DNA of 63,545 nucleotides, counting the filler, from Thermodesulfobacteriota bacterium (lineage in GTDB: Bacteria; DASVDK01): assembly GCA_036381125.1 (NCBI GenBank). It is 7 parts of 7 records of this genome, joined end to end, with 100 filler letters (N's around TTAATTAATTAA, not from the genome) between each part and the next. Parts side by side here need not be neighbours in the genome. Positions count along the whole stretch, not along the records: positions 6,453 to 14,268 come from DASVDK010000060.1; positions 14,369 to 39,991 come from DASVDK010000061.1; 5 more parts are not named here. The stretch is one strand, 5' to 3'. Each line of letters opens with the position of its first letter. Position 1 is the stretch's first letter. This document shows, piece after piece, positions 9,579 to 19,989 of the stretch. A model generated the notes under the pieces. It saw only the letters and a list, made by a program, of their open reading frames with translations. It had not been told where the DNA came from and did no database searches. The translations under genes were made by a program, and so were the position numbers.

Positions 9579-10166
9579 ATGTCATGGACCGTCATCGTCC
9601 TCACGCCGCTCGTCGGCGCCTTCATCGGCTGGGTGACGAACCTGCTCGCGGTGAAGATGCTCTTCCGCCCTCTGCAGGCGCGGGAGATCCTCGGCATCAC
9701 CTTCCACGGTCTGATCCCCCGCCGGCGCACCGAGATCGCGGCCACGGTGGCCCGCACGGTCGAGCGCGACCTCCTCTCGGCGGAGGAGATCTCCAACGTG
9801 CTCCACCGCCTCGACTGGGAGCGCGAGGTGACGCGGGCGGTGGACGAGATCGTCGACCAGCGGCTCCGGGCGCTCCACCTCCTCCCCTTCTCCGACCCGA
9901 TCATGGCGGTGGTCAAGGAGGGCATCGCCCGGGCGCTGCTCAAGGAGATCGACCAGCGCCGCAACGGGCTCGTCGAGCGCTTCCGGGAGCGCCTCGACCT
10001 GCAGGCGATGGTCGTCGAGCGCCTGGAGCGCTTCGACCTGGCCCAGTTCGAGACGCTCGTCCTGCGGGTGGCGAACCGGGAGCTGTCGGCCATCGTCTGG
10101 ATGGGGGCGGTGCTCGGCTTCCTCGTGGGCGTCGTCCAGGTCGGCATCCTCCTGCTCATCCCCTAG
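9579..10166 (+). CDS. DUF445 (YheB-like) membrane protein
   Basis: [19 protein letters not shown]...GLIPRRR; C-term [18 protein letters not shown]. Confidence 0.88.
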   Translation: MSWTVIVLTPLVGAFIGWVTNLLAVKMLFRPLQAREILGITFHGLIPRRRTEIAATVARTVERDLLSAEEISNVLHRLDWEREVTRAVDEIVDQRLRALHLLPFSDPIMAVVKEGIARALLKEIDQRRNGLVERFRERLDLQAMVVERLERFDLAQFETLVLRVANRELSAIVWMGAVLGFLVGVVQVGILLLIP

Positions 10167-10184
10167 CCTTCCGCATCACAAGCA

Positions 10185-10213
10185 TTGGAAATTCCTTGCA
10201 TTTGTGCTACCCT
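10185..10213 (+). promoter_or_regulatory. sigma70-type promoter of ileS
   Basis: TTGGAA-17 nt-TACCCT with extended TG, in an AT-rich patch. Confidence 0.6.
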
Positions 10214-10251
10214 CCGGCGACCGTTTCCGACGCGAAGGAGCGCGGCACCCC

Positions 10252-13095
10252 GTGGATTACAAGGACACGCTGAACCTCCCCAGGACCGACTTCCCGATGA
10301 AGGCCAACCTCGCCGAGCGGGAGCCGAAGCAGATCGCCGCCTGGGACGCGAACGACACCTACCGGGCGCGCCGGCGGCTCGCCGCCGCACAGGGGCGCCC
10401 GCTCTGGATCCTCCACGACGGGCCGCCCTACGCCAACGGCCACATCCACATCGGCCACGCGCTCAACAAGATCATGAAGGACCTCGTCGTGAAGTCGAAG
10501 GCGATGTCCGGCCTGGACGCCGAGTACACGCCCGGCTGGGACGCGCACGGGCTGCCGATCGAGACGCAGATGGAGAAGGAGATGGGCGGCCGGCGTGCCG
10601 ACCTGTCGGTGATCGAGCTCAGGCGGAGGAGCCGCGCGTACGCGATGCGGTTCGTCGAGATCCAGCGCGAGGAGTTCAAGCGGCTCGGCGTCCTCGGCGA
10701 CTGGGACGACCCGTACCTCACCATGGAGTACGGCTACCAGGCGCAGATCGCGCGGGAGTTCGGCAAGTTCGTGGGCAAGGGCCTGGTGTACAAGGGCCTC
10801 AAGCCGGTCCACTGGTGCTTCGTCGACAAGACGGCGCTCGCCGAGGCCGAGGTCGAGTACCGCACCGTCACGTCCCCCTCGATCTACGTGCTCTTCCCGC
10901 TCGGCGCCGAGGCGACGCGGGTGGTCCGCGACGCGGTCCCCGCGACCGCGAACCTCCCCGTCTCCATCGCCATCTGGACCACCACGCCCTGGACCATCCC
11001 GGCCAACCTCGCCGTCGCCCTCTCCCCCACGGCGCCCTACGCCGTGGTCCGCGTCCCGGGCGAGGGCCCGCGGCCGGAGCAGGCCGTGATCGTGGCCGAG
11101 GCGCTCCTGCCGCAGGCCGCCCGGGCGGCCGGCCTCGAGTCGCCCGAGGTGCTGGGCCGCGTGCAGGCCAGGGCGCTCGAGGGCCTCGCGGCGCGCCATC
11201 CCTACATCGATCGCGACTCGCTCATCGTCACGGGCGAGCACGTGGCGCTCGACACCGGGACGGGGGCGGTCCACACCGCCCCGGGGCACGGCCAGGAGGA
11301 CTACGAGATCGGCGTCGCCCACAAGCTGCCCGTCTACACGCCGGTCGACGACGACGGCCGCTTCACGCCCGACGTGGCGTACTTCGCGGGGCAGCGGGTC
11401 TTCGACGCGAACCCGAAGATCGTGGAGCACCTCCGCTCGATCGGGGCGCTCCTCGCGCGACAGGACTACCAGCACGACTACCCGCACTGCTGGCGCTGCA
11501 AGAACCCGGTCATCTTCCGCTCGACGCCGCAGTGGTTCATCGCGCTCGACCGGCATGGCTTCCGGCAGCGGGCGCTCGAGGCGATCGACGAGGTGCAGTG
11601 GGTGCCGGCCTCCGGCCGCGATCGCATCTACGGCATGATCGCCAATCGTCCCGACTGGTGCATCTCGCGCCAGCGGGCCTGGGGCGTGCCGATCATCGCC
11701 TTCTACTGCGAGAAGGACGGCGAGGCGATCACCTCCGAGGCGATCGTCGAGCACGTCGCGTCGCGGTTCGAGACCGAGGGGGCCGACGTCTGGTTCGAGC
11801 GGCCGGCCGCGGAGCTGGCGCCGCCCGGCCTCGCCTGCCCGAAGTGCGGCGGCACGGCCTTCCGGAAGGAGACCGACATCCTCGACGTCTGGTTCGACTC
11901 GGGCACCTCCCACGCCGCGGTGCTCGAGCGGCGCGAGGGCCTGCGGTCGCCGGCCGACATGTACCTGGAGGGGAGCGACCAGCACCGCGGCTGGTTCCAC
12001 TCCTCGCTCCTCGAGTCGGTCGGCACGCGCGGCCGCGCGCCGTACCGGGCGGTGCTCACGCACGGCTTCGTGGTCGACGGCCAGGGCAAGAAGATGAGCA
12101 AGTCGGTCGGCAACGTCATCGCCCCCGACTACGTCATCAAGAAGTACGGCGCGGAGATCCTCAGGCTCTGGGTGTCGGCCGAGGACTACACGGACGACGT
12201 ACGGATCTCCGACGAGATCCTCACCCGGCTCGCCGACGCCTATCGGCGCATCCGGAACACCTGCCGGTTCCTCCTCGGCAACCTCCACGACTTCGACCCC
12301 GAGCGGGACCGGGTGCGCGACGACGAGCTGCTCGAGATCGACCGGTGGGCGCTCCACAAGCTCGCGAAGGTGACCCGACGCGTCCGGGAGGCGTACGACG
12401 CCTACCAGTTCCACGTCGTCTATCACACGCTCCACAACTTCTGCGCCGTGGAGCTGTCGGCCATCTACTTCGACGTCCTCAAGGACCGGCTCTACACGTC
12501 GCCCCGGGCGTCGGCGCCGCGCCGGGCGGCGCAGACGGTCATGCACGAGGTCCTCGACGCGCTCGTCAGGCTCATGGCGCCGATCCTGTCGTTCACGGCC
12601 GAGGAGGTCTGGGGCTACATGTCGAAGACCTACCGCGGCCAGCCGCGGGAGGCGTCGGTCCACCTGGCGCACTTCCCCGACGTGGAGGCCGCCTGGCTCG
12701 ACGAGGCGCTCGAGGCGCGGTGGGAGCGGCTGCTCGCGGTACGCGCCGAGGTGGCCAAGGCGCTCGAGGCGGCGCGTCGCGACAAGGTGATCGGCGCGTC
12801 GCTCGACGCCCAGGTGACGCTCGGCGCCGAGGGCGAGCTCGCCGCGTTCCTCGAGGGGGCGAGGCGCGAGCTGGCTCCCCTCTTCATCGTCAGCCACGTG
12901 CAGCTCGCCGCGGGACCGGTCGCCGGCGGCTTCGTCTCGACGGCGATCCCCGGCCTCTCGGTGGCGGTGACCCAGGCGCCGGGCCGCAAGTGCGCCCGCT
13001 GCTGGAGCTACACGACCGACGTGGGGCGCGACCCGGGCCACCCCGACCTCTGCGCGCGCTGCGCGGGCGCGGTGGCCGCGAGCCCCGGGGCATAG
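10252..13095 (+). CDS. ileS: Isoleucine--tRNA ligase (type 1)
   Basis: [22 protein letters not shown]-terminal CARCW..CARC zinc finger; GTG start after AAGGAG. Confidence 0.98.
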   Translation: MDYKDTLNLPRTDFPMKANLAEREPKQIAAWDANDTYRARRRLAAAQGRPLWILHDGPPYANGHIHIGHALNKIMKDLVVKSKAMSGLDAEYTPGWDAHGLPIETQMEKEMGGRRADLSVIELRRRSRAYAMRFVEIQREEFKRLGVLGDWDDPYLTMEYGYQAQIAREFGKFVGKGLVYKGLKPVHWCFVDKTALAEAEVEYRTVTSPSIYVLFPLGAEATRVVRDAVPATANLPVSIAIWTTTPWTIPANLAVALSPTAPYAVVRVPGEGPRPEQAVIVAEALLPQAARAAGLESPEVLGRVQARALEGLAARHPYIDRDSLIVTGEHVALDTGTGAVHTAPGHGQEDYEIGVAHKLPVYTPVDDDGRFTPDVAYFAGQRVFDANPKIVEHLRSIGALLARQDYQHDYPHCWRCKNPVIFRSTPQWFIALDRHGFRQRALEAIDEVQWVPASGRDRIYGMIANRPDWCISRQRAWGVPIIAFYCEKDGEAITSEAIVEHVASRFETEGADVWFERPAAELAPPGLACPKCGGTAFRKETDILDVWFDSGTSHAAVLERREGLRSPADMYLEGSDQHRGWFHSSLLESVGTRGRAPYRAVLTHGFVVDGQGKKMSKSVGNVIAPDYVIKKYGAEILRLWVSAEDYTDDVRISDEILTRLADAYRRIRNTCRFLLGNLHDFDPERDRVRDDELLEIDRWALHKLAKVTRRVREAYDAYQFHVVYHTLHNFCAVELSAIYFDVLKDRLYTSPRASAPRRAAQTVMHEVLDALVRLMAPILSFTAEEVWGYMSKTYRGQPREASVHLAHFPDVEAAWLDEALEARWERLLAVRAEVAKALEAARRDKVIGASLDAQVTLGAEGELAAFLEGARRELAPLFIVSHVQLAAGPVAGGFVSTAIPGLSVAVTQAPGRKCARCWSYTTDVGRDPGHPDLCARCAGAVAASPGA

Positions 13096-13155
13096 GCGAT
13101 GCCGGATCGGCCCCGCGCGGCCTGCGCGATCCCGCCTGACGCGAGGCCCCGCTAG

Positions 13156-13647
13156 GTGCCCCGCCGCTACCGGCTCGCGCTCTCCGTCGCCGCGGCGGTG
13201 GTCGTCCTCGACCTGGTCACCAAGGCGATCGTCGAGGCGCGCATCCCGCTCCACCACGCCGTGCCGGTCGTGGACGGCCTCTTCTCGCTCGTGCACGTCC
13301 GGAACACGGGCGCGGCCTTCAGCCTCCTCGCCGAGGCGCCGGAGGGCCTGCGCATCCCGCTCTTCACCGCCATCGCCGTCGCCGCGGTCGCGGCCGTCCT
13401 GGCCTTCCTGCGCAAGCTCGACGACCGGCAGTGGCTCCTCACGTCGGCGCTGGCCCTGGTGCTCGGCGGCGCCATCGGGAACCTGGTCGACCGCCTCCGG
13501 TACGGCGCGGTCGTCGACTTCCTGCTCGTGTACTGGCGAGACTGGCACTGGCCGGCCTTCAACGTGGCGGACTCGGCGATCTCCATCGGGGTCGTCGTGC
13601 TCCTCTGGACGATGACGTTCAGCCGCGATCCGGCCGCACGCGCCTGA
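13156..13647 (+). CDS. lspA: Lipoprotein signal peptidase II
   Basis: NTGAAFS, GGAIGNLVDR, VVDF, WPAFNVADSAI; follows ileS. Confidence 0.97.
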   Translation: MPRRYRLALSVAAAVVVLDLVTKAIVEARIPLHHAVPVVDGLFSLVHVRNTGAAFSLLAEAPEGLRIPLFTAIAVAAVAAVLAFLRKLDDRQWLLTSALALVLGGAIGNLVDRLRYGAVVDFLLVYWRDWHWPAFNVADSAISIGVVVLLWTMTFSRDPAARA

Positions 13648-14559
13648 TGTACCCCGTCCTCCTGGCCGTCGGCGGCTGGCAGCTCTGGACCTACGGGGTC
13701 CTCGTGGCCCTCGCCTTCGCGCTCGGGCTCGCGCTCGCCATGCGCGAGGCGCGGCTCGCCGGCGAGGACCCGCAGCGGGTCCTCGACCTCGCCTTCTTCG
13801 TCGTCCTCGCCGCCGTCGTGGGCGCCAAGGTCGGCTTCGCCGTCACGCAGGGCGAGGCGGCGGGCGACCCGCTGCGCGCCCTCTGGCAAGGGGGGCTGTC
13901 CTTCCCGGGCGGCCTCCTCGCCGCCGGCGCCGTGGCCGCGTGGTACCTCAGGCGCCACCGCCTCTCGCCGGCACGCCTCGCCGACCTGGCAGCCCCCGCG
14001 GTGCTCCTCGGGCTGGCCGTCGCCGACCTCGGCTGCCTGGCCGCGGGGTGCGAGTACGGCCGACCGACCTCGCTGCCGGTCGGCCTCGTCTTCAGGGACG
14101 CGCGGGCCCTCGCCCCGACCGGCGTCCCGCTGCACCCGACGCAGGCCTACTCCGCCGCCTGGTCGCTCGTGCTCCTCGCGGTCGTGCTCTGGGCGCGCGG
14201 CCGGCACGCGCCGCGGCAGCCCGGGCAGCTCGCGCTCCTCGCGCTCGGCGGCCTCGCCCTCGGGCAGGNNNNNNNNNNNNNNNNNNNNNNNNNNNNNNNN
14301 NNNNNNNNNNNNTTAATTAATTAANNNNNNNNNNNNNNNNNNNNNNNNNNNNNNNNNNNNNNNNNNNNTCGAGGTCTTTCGCGGCGACCCGCGCCCGATG
14401 CTCCTCGCTCCCTACGTCTCCGCGGCGCAGCCCGTCGAGCTGTCGGTCGGCCTGGCGGCGCTCGCCGTCTGGTGGCGTCGGGGGCGTGCGGTGCGCCGCG
14501 CGCGCGCCGCGGCGGACACGAAGAAGGCCTCGCGCGGGCGGGCGCGCGCGAGGACCTGA
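13647..14559 (+). CDS. lgt: Prolipoprotein diacylglyceryl transferase-like protein spanning the gap; catalytic residues diverged
   Basis: MYPVL..WTYG, GGLSFPGG, GCLAAGCEYGRPT, HPTQAY before the gap; EVFRGD plus last TM after the gap (14371-14559, TGA). Confidence 0.8.
14269..14368. other. Assembly linker
   Basis: N44-TTAATTAATTAA-N44. Confidence 0.99.
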
Positions 14560-14579
14560 CGCGCCTGTTAGCCCTCCCG

Positions 14580-14595
14580 GGGCATGGAAGTTGCT
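14580..14595 (+). promoter_or_regulatory. sigma54 promoter
   Basis: GGGCATGGAAGTTGCT = GG-N10-GC, about 60 nt upstream of ATG 14656. Confidence 0.65.
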
Positions 14596-14655
14596 CGGCT
14601 GCCTCTCTGCGGTGCACGCGTGCCGATACGTACGACACTGGAGAGGAGACCGCTC

Positions 14656-14976
14656 ATGAACCAGCCAGGTACAGCAGATACAGGTGGCCGGGAATCCTCC
14701 ACCGCCGGCGCGAAGGAGAAGATCGCGGGTGGCCTCGATCGAGCCGCGAACCGGCTCCGGCAGAACGTCGAATCGATGCCCGCCGAAGGACGCGGCCGGC
14801 AGGCGCTCGAGAAGGTGGCGGGCGGTGTCCAGTCCACCGCGGACTACGTGCGGGGCATCGACATGTCGACCCTCGGCGAGGACACGCGGGCGTACATCCG
14901 GGAGAAGCCGACCAACGCGCTCGCCATCGCCGCGATCGGCGGGTTCCTGCTCGGGCTCCTCATGAGCCGGCGATAG
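14656..14976 (+). CDS. ElaB/YqjD/DUF883-like tail-anchored protein
   Basis: C-term IREKPTNALAIAAIGGFLLGLLMSRR; GAGGAG RBS. Confidence 0.75.
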   Translation: MNQPGTADTGGRESSTAGAKEKIAGGLDRAANRLRQNVESMPAEGRGRQALEKVAGGVQSTADYVRGIDMSTLGEDTRAYIREKPTNALAIAAIGGFLLGLLMSRR

Positions 14977-15030
14977 CGCGGACGGCGGCGACCCTTGGAA
15001 CGCGGCGGCGAGCCGTTGGAGGAGGCGGGC

Positions 15031-15906
15031 GTGGACGCGACGACGGATCAGATCAAGCGGGAGATCGAGGAGGCGCGGGAGCGGATCTCCGAGAACACCT
15101 CTCAGCTCGGCGAGCGGATCCGCCAGACCTTCGACTGGCGCCAGCAGGTCGGCGAGCGGCCGTGGGCAGCGGTCGGCATCGCCGCCGGCGCCGGCTTCGT
15201 CCTCGGCGCCGCGAGCCGGAGGCTCCTCGGCCGCGGCATGCGGGCCGCGTCGGGCTACGGCGAGCCGTACACGTACGACCGCATCGGCCGCGACGTCGAG
15301 GCGCAGGCACCCGGCGGCGACGGCGGCGACTGGCTGCGCGGCACGACGATCCCCCCCGCCGGCGAGCCCTCGAAGGAGCCGTGGGGACGGCGCGAAGCCG
15401 GGTTCGAACCGCGCGCCGAGCGGCCGCGCGAGGGCGAGCGGCCGGCAGGCGGCCTCGGCCGGACGGGCGCCATGGCCGGCCTCCTGGCGAGCCTCGGCAC
15501 GGCGATCGAGCCGCAGCTCAAGGAGATCGGCCGCACGCTCGCCGATCAGCTCAAGGACCTGTCGACCCACTTCATCGACCAGAGCAAGGAGGTGATGAAG
15601 CAGAAGGTCGACCGGTGGCGGAGCGGCTCGCAGCAACCCGGCCGAGGCGCCGCCCAGCACGGCGAGGCCGAGGGCGGCTCGGAGGCCTGGTCGGGCGCCC
15701 GGGCGGGCGGCTCGACGCTCTCGTCGGAGTCGGCCGGCACCCCGCCGAGCGGCAGCACGGGCGCGGGCAGCTACGGCAGCGGGACCCCCTATGGGTCGCC
15801 GACCACGCCGGGCGTCGAGGACGTGAGGGGAACCCGGACGCCGCAGAGCCGCGAGAGTGGGACCGGCGAGCGGCGGAGCGGCGGCACCGGCAGCTCCGGG
15901 GTCTAG
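15031..15906 (+). CDS. DUF3618-domain protein with low-complexity tail
   Basis: N-term DQIKREIEEARERISEN...ERPWAAVGIAAGAGFVLG; GGAGG RBS. Confidence 0.65.
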   Translation: MDATTDQIKREIEEARERISENTSQLGERIRQTFDWRQQVGERPWAAVGIAAGAGFVLGAASRRLLGRGMRAASGYGEPYTYDRIGRDVEAQAPGGDGGDWLRGTTIPPAGEPSKEPWGRREAGFEPRAERPREGERPAGGLGRTGAMAGLLASLGTAIEPQLKEIGRTLADQLKDLSTHFIDQSKEVMKQKVDRWRSGSQQPGRGAAQHGEAEGGSEAWSGARAGGSTLSSESAGTPPSGSTGAGSYGSGTPYGSPTTPGVEDVRGTRTPQSRESGTGERRSGGTGSSGV

Positions 15907-16560
15907 CTACCCCGGCAACCCGTCGAGGTGGGCCGTGTCGTTCATGGCCAGCACCTCGACGCGACCCCCGACCTGGATGCGGACGATGTTCAGCGCGGCG
16001 TTGTCCTGGGGGACGCGCCTGCGGAACTCGTCGAGCGGCAGCCCCTGGGCACGGGCGAGCAGGATCCGGTTGATCGTCCGGTGCCCGCAGGCCACGACGC
16101 GCCCACCGGGGAACCGCCGGGCGAGGTCGTCGGCCAGGGCGAGGATCCTGGCGAGGGCCGCCTCGGCCGGCTCGCCGCCCGGCGGGCTCACGGCGCCGGG
16201 GCTCGCCTCCCACGCCGCGTAGCGCCGGGCCCCTTCGGTGGTCGCCCTGACCTCCTCCGGCGTCTTGCCTTCCCAGGCGCCGTACGAGATCTCCGTGAGG
16301 CGCTCGTCCACCTCGACCGGCAGGCCGAGGGCCGCCGCCACGATCGCCGCGCTCGTCCGCGACCGCGCGAGTGGGCTCGCGAAGGCCGCGGCCCACGGCC
16401 CCGGGAGCGCCGCAAGGCGAGCGGCGAGCCGCTCCACCTGCGCGCGCCCCAGATCGGAGAGCGGCATGTCGGCACGGCCGGCCCATCGGCCGTCGGCGTT
16501 CCACTCGGTTGCGCCGTGCCGGAAGAGGTAGAGGGTGGCGGCCGCGGCCGGGCTCGACAT
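15907..16560 (-). CDS. Histidine phosphatase (phosphoglycerate mutase family)
   Basis: LYLFRHGATEWN, SPLARS, LTEISYGAWEG, ACGH, MNDTAHL. Confidence 0.92.
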   Translation of the reverse strand: MSSPAAAATLYLFRHGATEWNADGRWAGRADMPLSDLGRAQVERLAARLAALPGPWAAAFASPLARSRTSAAIVAAALGLPVEVDERLTEISYGAWEGKTPEEVRATTEGARRYAAWEASPGAVSPPGGEPAEAALARILALADDLARRFPGGRVVACGHRTINRILLARAQGLPLDEFRRRVPQDNAALNIVRIQVGGRVEVLAMNDTAHLDGLPG

Positions 16561-16679
16561 GCCGGGGAGTCTAGCAGGTCGCGAGGCGCTGTTCCGATTC
16601 GAAACGCACCCTGATGCACTCCGCATCGCCCCGGCGTCCGTTCGGGCCGGCCCGGCGCGGAACCGGGCAAGAGGGCGCC

Positions 16680-16695
16680 TGGCCTTCGCCTTGCA
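16680..16695 (+). promoter_or_regulatory. sigma54 promoter for the kinase/regulator operon
   Basis: TGGCCTTCGCCTTGCA = GG-N10-GC. Confidence 0.7.
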
Positions 16696-16745
16696 ACACC
16701 GTGGCGCGACGGATACGCTCTGGTCTTCTCGCTCCCGAGGCCCCC

Positions 16746-18437
16746 ATGTCCGATCCCCTCCGGCAACCCTGCGTGGCCTGCGTGCCCGGCTCCCACGAAG
16801 CCGCCGTCGGCCTGCCGCCCGAGCGCGACTGGCTCGCGGCGGGCGCGTCGGCACTCGGCCGCCTCATCGGCGCGGGAGTCGGCGACCGATCGTGGGGGCT
16901 CCTCGCCGCCATCCTGGATGCCGTTCCGGACGGCGTCCAGGTGGTCGACCGCGAGCACCGGACCCTCTACGAGAACCGGGCCTTCCGGGAGCGCTTCGCC
17001 GACGCGGCGCGCGCCTCGCAGTACTTCGAGGGCGACGTGCGCACGGACCTCGGCGTCGAGTGCCCGGCCGCCTCGGTCCTCGTCGACGGGCTGCCGCACG
17101 AGGTGGTGCGGGAGAGCCAGCTCGCCGACGGCGAGCGCGCCTTCCTCGAGTTCCGCTCGACGCCCCTCTTCGACGGCGACAGCCGCCTCGTCGGCGTCCT
17201 CACCGTGGTGCGCGACGAGACGCGCCGGGTCTGGCTCGAGCGCGAGCGGGCCGGCCGCAACGGCGACGGCCCGGCGCCCGTCAGGGCCGGCGCCACGGCG
17301 CTGGCCCTCGAGCGCGAGCGGCAGCGCTACGCCGCCCGGCTCGAGCAGGCCGTCGAGGCCCGTACCGCGCAGCTCCACCGGGCCAAGGAGACCCTCCAGC
17401 AGATCCTCGACGGGATCCCCGATGCGATCGCCCTCCTCGACTCCTCCAGCGGCGCGACGCTGTTCCGCAACCGCGCGGCCGAGTCGCTGCCGCACGACAT
17501 CCGCCGCGCGATCCGCGACGCGATCTGCACGTCCTGCGAGATCGATCGGCTCCGCTCGCACACCAGCGCCCGCCTGGTCGAGCACGTGGACGCCCAGGGC
17601 CGGCTGCGCGTCCTCGAGGCGTTCGCCTATCCGGTCGCGGGGATGATCGAGGGCCGCACCCTCGACATCGTCTTCGCCCGCGACATCACGGAACGGCGGG
17701 CCCTCGAGCAGCACGCCATCCGCAACGAGCGCCTCGCCGTCGTGGGCGAGCTGGCCGCCGGCCTGGCGCACGAGATCCGCACGCCGCTCACCTCCATCTC
17801 GAACTCGGTGAAGCTACTCGAGGGCCTGCTGCCCCGGGACTCGAGCCACGACGCCCGCCTGGTGCTCGGCATCATCGCGAAGGAGTCGAAGCGGCTCTCC
17901 GGGCTCCTCACCGACTTCCTCAAGTTCGCCCGGCCGCGGCCGCCCGAACCGCGGGCCACCGACCTCAACGGGCTGGTGCGGTCGGTCGTCGAGATCGTGC
18001 GTACCGGGCGCCCGCACGCCGCGCGCGTGCAGGTGGCCCTCGACCTCGCCGAGCGGCTGCCGCTCGCGCCGGTGGACCCCGACCAGTTCCAGCAGGCGCT
18101 CCTCAACGTCGTGGTGAACGCGTTCGACGCCGCCCAGGACGCCGAGGCCGCGCAGGTCACGATCCGGACGAAGGGCCCCGGAGACGGCGCCTTCGGCTGG
18201 TCCATCACGGTGAGCGACACCGGGCCCGGCATCGACCCGGCCGACCTGCCCCGGCTCTTCGAGCCCTTCTTCTCGAAGGGCAAGTGCGACGGCACCGGTC
18301 TCGGCCTGGCGATCGCCAAGCGCATCGTCGAGGCGCACGCCGGCCGCATCGAGGTGACGAGCGTGCCGGGCGAGGGCGCCGCCTTCACGGTCATCCTGCC
18401 CGCGGCCTCGGGGTCGGCGCCCCTCGAAGGAGCCTAG
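16746..18437 (+). CDS. Cytoplasmic PAS sensor histidine kinase
   Basis: Two PAS-like segments; GLAHEIRTPL, NVVVNAFDA, DTGPG, GTGLGL. Confidence 0.9.
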   Translation: MSDPLRQPCVACVPGSHEAAVGLPPERDWLAAGASALGRLIGAGVGDRSWGLLAAILDAVPDGVQVVDREHRTLYENRAFRERFADAARASQYFEGDVRTDLGVECPAASVLVDGLPHEVVRESQLADGERAFLEFRSTPLFDGDSRLVGVLTVVRDETRRVWLERERAGRNGDGPAPVRAGATALALERERQRYAARLEQAVEARTAQLHRAKETLQQILDGIPDAIALLDSSSGATLFRNRAAESLPHDIRRAIRDAICTSCEIDRLRSHTSARLVEHVDAQGRLRVLEAFAYPVAGMIEGRTLDIVFARDITERRALEQHAIRNERLAVVGELAAGLAHEIRTPLTSISNSVKLLEGLLPRDSSHDARLVLGIIAKESKRLSGLLTDFLKFARPRPPEPRATDLNGLVRSVVEIVRTGRPHAARVQVALDLAERLPLAPVDPDQFQQALLNVVVNAFDAAQDAEAAQVTIRTKGPGDGAFGWSITVSDTGPGIDPADLPRLFEPFFSKGKCDGTGLGLAIAKRIVEAHAGRIEVTSVPGEGAAFTVILPAASGSAPLEGA

Positions 18438-18443
18438 CGCCAC

Positions 18444-19844
18444 GTGAGCGCCCAGCCCCGCATCCTGATCGTCGAGAACGACGAGTCCGCCCGCGTCTCG
18501 CTGGCGCTGATCCTCAAGCGAGAGGGGTACACGGCGGACCTCGCGGCGAGCGGCGAGGAGGCCGTGGCCTTCATCTCGGCCGGCGAGCCGTACGACCTCG
18601 TCATCACCGACCTCGTCATGGGGCGCGTCGGGGGCCTCGAGGTGCTCGAGGCGGTCAAGCAGGCGCGCCGCGAGAGCGAGGTGATCCTGCTCACCGGCTT
18701 CGGCAGCGTCGAGTCGGCGGTCGAGGCGATGAAGCGGGGCGCCTACGAGTACCTCACCAAGCCGTACGATCCGGACGAGCTGGTGCTGACCGTCGGCAAG
18801 GCGCTCGAGCGGCGGCAGCTCAAGCGCGAGGTCAAGCAGCTCCGGGAGCAGGTTCGGGCCACCTACCGCTCGAGCAGCATCGTCGGCAAGAGCGCGCGCC
18901 TCAGGCAGGTGCACGAGCTGATCGAGAGCGCGGCGCCCACCGACGCGACGATCCTCGTCCAGGGCGAGAGCGGCAGCGGCAAGGAGCTGATCGCCCGCGC
19001 CGTCCACGCGAACTCCCAGCGCGCGAACGGCCCCTTCGTCGCCATCAACTGCGGCGCCCTCCCCGAGGCGCTCCTCGAGAGCGAGCTCTTCGGCCACGTG
19101 AAGGGCGCCTTCACCGGCGCCCAGTTCAACAAGCCGGGCCTCTTCGAGGAAGCCTCCGGCGGGACGATCTTCCTCGACGAGGTCGGCGAGACGACGCCGG
19201 CGACCCAGGTGAAGCTCCTGCGCGTGCTCCAGGAGCACGAGGTCCGGCGCGTCGGCGACACGAGGACGGTCAAGGTGGACGCACGCGTCGTCGCGGCCAC
19301 GAACAAGGACCTCATGACGCTCGTCCGCGAGGGGAAGTTCCGGGAGGACCTCTACTACCGCCTGAACGTCATCACCATCGACGTGCCGCCGCTCAGGGAC
19401 CGGATCGAGGACCTCCCCCTCCTCGTGCGGCACTTCCTCGAGAAGTACGGCGAGAAGACCGGACGCGGGCAGAAGGAGGTGTCGCCGCAGGCCATGGCCC
19501 TCCTCGAGGCCTACGCCTGGCCCGGCAACATTCGCGAGCTGGAGAACACCATCGAGCGGGCCGTCATCCTGTCCAAGACCCCGGTCATCGGGCCGTCCGA
19601 CCTGCCGCCGCAGGTCAGGGCCGGCCACGAGACCCGAGGCGTCGGCACCGGCTTCGAGCCCGGCTCGCTGACGCTCGAGGAGCTGGAGCGGACCTACATC
19701 GTGGCCTCCCTCGAGCGCTTCGCCGGTAACCAGGCGGCCACGGCGAGCGCCCTCGGCATCTCGCGCACCACGCTGTGGCGCAAGCTCAAGGCCTACGGGC
19801 TGTCCGAGCAGGCCGGCATGGAGCCGGCATCGACCCCGGACTGA
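18444..19844 (+). CDS. sigma54-dependent response regulator (NtrC family)
   Basis: Receiver domain, GESGSGKE, GAFTGA, WPGNIRELEN, HTH LGISRTTLWRKL. Confidence 0.95.
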   Translation: MSAQPRILIVENDESARVSLALILKREGYTADLAASGEEAVAFISAGEPYDLVITDLVMGRVGGLEVLEAVKQARRESEVILLTGFGSVESAVEAMKRGAYEYLTKPYDPDELVLTVGKALERRQLKREVKQLREQVRATYRSSSIVGKSARLRQVHELIESAAPTDATILVQGESGSGKELIARAVHANSQRANGPFVAINCGALPEALLESELFGHVKGAFTGAQFNKPGLFEEASGGTIFLDEVGETTPATQVKLLRVLQEHEVRRVGDTRTVKVDARVVAATNKDLMTLVREGKFREDLYYRLNVITIDVPPLRDRIEDLPLLVRHFLEKYGEKTGRGQKEVSPQAMALLEAYAWPGNIRELENTIERAVILSKTPVIGPSDLPPQVRAGHETRGVGTGFEPGSLTLEELERTYIVASLERFAGNQAATASALGISRTTLWRKLKAYGLSEQAGMEPASTPD

Positions 19845-19961
19845 TCTCGACTTTTCATTCCGCAACATCCCGCTCCGGGCGGCGGCCGCGCGGTCGGGCA
19901 CGAGGCCGGTCGAGGCCAGTCGAGGCGGGCACTTAGCGGGTGCCGGCCGGCCGGCGACCCA

Positions 19962-19977
19962 TGGCATGTCCGTTGCT
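19962..19977 (+). promoter_or_regulatory. sigma54 promoter for the Crp/Fnr gene
   Basis: TGGCATGTCCGTTGCT, near-consensus -24/-12. Confidence 0.78.
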
Positions 19978-19989
19978 TGGCCAGCGGAT

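Noticed and set aside
10207-13548. Very long antisense or alternate-frame ORFs (also 1049-4840, 16535-19729, 31838-34711, 49723-52830)
   Set aside because: Shadow ORFs expected at very high GC; they overlap well-supported genes and lack motifs
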